Source: Oligoflexales bacterium (GTDB lineage: Bacteria; Bdellovibrionota_B; Oligoflexia; Oligoflexales; CAIYRB01). From it: 64,000 nt of DNA. The stretch is from positions 1 to 64,000 of the forward strand of contig JBGSUI010000126.1 in NCBI GenBank assembly GCA_041736175.1. Reading direction: 5' to 3'. Below the pieces are notes generated by a model. The model worked only from the letters and a program-made list of their open reading frames with translations, was not told the origin of the DNA and made no database searches. Below, piece after piece: positions 62,514 through 64,000 of this stretch (position 1 is its first letter; every line of letters starts with the position of its first letter). The position numbers and the translations under genes were made by a program.

Positions 62514-64000
62514 ATGGGTTATGCCAAAAGGTTTTGGAGTGGGTGGGTTTTCTGGGGCCTTCTAGGCATGTTGAGTTTGATCTTTTTAGGCGAGACTAGG
62601 TCCGAAGGGTCAGGGCTTAACCTAGCCCGAAAAAGCGTGTTTAAAATCAATGTGAATACCAGTATCCCCAGCTTTACCGAGCCATGGCGTCGCCAGCCCG
62701 ACGGCGGTGGGTCTGGGACCGGATTCTATATCGGGCAAAACCGTATTTTGACCAATGCCCACGTGGTGGCCCATGGATCCTATATTACGGTGCTTAGGGA
62801 TGGGGACTCACGGCCGGTACCTTCCGTCGTCACGTTTATTGCCCATGACTGCGACCTAGCGATCTTAGAGCCCAGGGATCCGGAGTTTTTCCGCGACGTT
62901 CGTGAGATGGAGTTTGGGAGTGTACCTCGACTCCAGTCGCCTGTGGTCACAGTAGGGTTTCCCACGGGAGGAGAACAGCTATCCATCACCCAGGGAGTGG
63001 TCTCAAGGATCAGTTTTCGTCGCTATGTCCATGACGGTGTGTCAGATCACTTGCTCATCCAGGTGGATTCTGCCATCAATCCAGGAAACAGCGGGGGCCC
63101 GGTCCTCCAAGGCGGTGTTGTGGTAGGGGTCGCCTTCCAAGCTTACACTCAAGCCGAAAATACAGGGTATATCATCCCGACTCCAGTGATCCAAAGATTT
63201 TTAAAGGATATCGAGGATGGAGTCTATGACGGACATCCTGTTGATGGCATCACGATTATGGAAAATGCAATGGAAAACGCTGCCAATGCAGCGTTTTTAG
63301 GCCTAAACAAAGGGGATGGGGGGGTTAAGATTTCCCATGTGGCCCGTTGGGCGCCTAGTTTTGGGATTTTACAACCAGGCGATGTGCTCCTTGAGATCGA
63401 CCAACAACCGATCGGCGTGGATGGAAAGGTCACCTTCCAGGGTGAGAGAGTTAGTTTTCGGGTACCCTATGATCTTAAACAGGTCGGTGGTGCAGTCGAG
63501 TTTAGGATCAATAGGGATGGGGTGTTTAAAAAGGTTGTGGTCAGTCTTACTAAACGTCCGAGATTTCCCGAACAAGGATTTGTTTTTGCACGGCATCCAA
63601 AATATTTTGTATACGGTGGTTTGGTTTTTACCCAGCTCAATAGGAGCTTTCTGAAAAACTGGGGGGAAAAGTGGTATTCAGAGGCTCCCCTAAACCTTCG
63701 TTTCATAACGTTTAACTGGCCGTTTCTTAGGGATACCGAAAATGCACAGGATATTTTGGTCCTCGCAAAACTCCTGCCCGATCAGATAAACACTTACTCT
63801 AGGTCCAATGTAGACGGAATCGTCCTGAGCGTCGATAAAAAGCCGGTACGATCGATCGAGGATTTGGTAGAGCTTTTAGAAAAAGGTGAGAGTGAATTTG
63901 CAGTGATCGATTTTCTCGGCAGTGACGACCCAACCGTGATCTCCAGGTCCGAAGTCAAACTGAGAGGACCTTTGATCAACAAAAAATATGGTGTTGTTCC
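62514..64000 (+). CDS. HtrA/Deg2-like serine protease with PDZ domains (3' end runs off the window)
   Basis: Manual translation from ATG 62514: EPWRR...GSGTGF...LTNAHVV...HDCDLAIL...QVDSAINPGNSGGP...GVAFQ...ENTGYIIP. Not in the ORF track. Confidence 0.9.
   Translation, partial: MGYAKRFWSGWVFWGLLGMLSLIFLGETRSEGSGLNLARKSVFKINVNTSIPSFTEPWRRQPDGGGSGTGFYIGQNRILTNAHVVAHGSYITVLRDGDSRPVPSVVTFIAHDCDLAILEPRDPEFFRDVREMEFGSVPRLQSPVVTVGFPTGGEQLSITQGVVSRISFRRYVHDGVSDHLLIQVDSAINPGNSGGPVLQGGVVVGVAFQAYTQAENTGYIIPTPVIQRFLKDIEDGVYDGHPVDGITIMENAMENAANAAFLGLNKGDGGVKISHVARWAPSFGILQPGDVLLEIDQQPIGVDGKVTFQGERVSFRVPYDLKQVGGAVEFRINRDGVFKKVVVSLTKRPRFPEQGFVFARHPKYFVYGGLVFTQLNRSFLKNWGEKWYSEAPLNLRFITFNWPFLRDTENAQDILVLAKLLPDQINTYSRSNVDGIVLSVDKKPVRSIEDLVELLEKGESEFAVIDFLGSDDPTVISRSEVKLRGPLINKKYGVV

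Overview
Chromosomal 64-kb window (about 50% GC) from a Gram-negative bacterium. The gene content suggests a Bdellovibrionota/Oligoflexia-like lineage (inference only): many secreted proteases and orphan lipoproteins, a long-form aromatic amino acid hydroxylase, an NhaR-like LysR and sigma28-type promoters. Housekeeping and metabolic genes include yejABE, folE2, elbB, glgP, acetoacetate-CoA ligase, an MdlAB-like exporter, yebC, rpmG, fumC, frmAB, purH and a nodIJ-like ABC pair. These are interspersed with AT-richer accessory islets: three toxin-antitoxin loci (one frameshifted), an orphan HipA-N/HTH gene and three standalone AAA+/winged-helix ATPase genes, each preceded by its own repeat array. 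No rRNA, tRNA, CRISPR array or intact transposase was recognised. Most notable observations: (1) a dispersed candidate tetrahydrobiopterin pathway (FolE2, CX5HGH-type PTPS coupled to an SDR, and a pterin-dependent hydroxylase); (2) a CARNMT1/N2227-like methyltransferase with a Zn-ribbon and a PqqD/RRE-like tail; (3) a histone-H1-like protein downstream of a near-consensus sigma28 promoter; (4) two CBM10-like/DPBB expansin-like lipoproteins; (5) two lipoprotein cytochromes with CX4CH motifs; (6) three probable pseudo-enzymes. All calls come from motif recognition by eye; no database searches were run.
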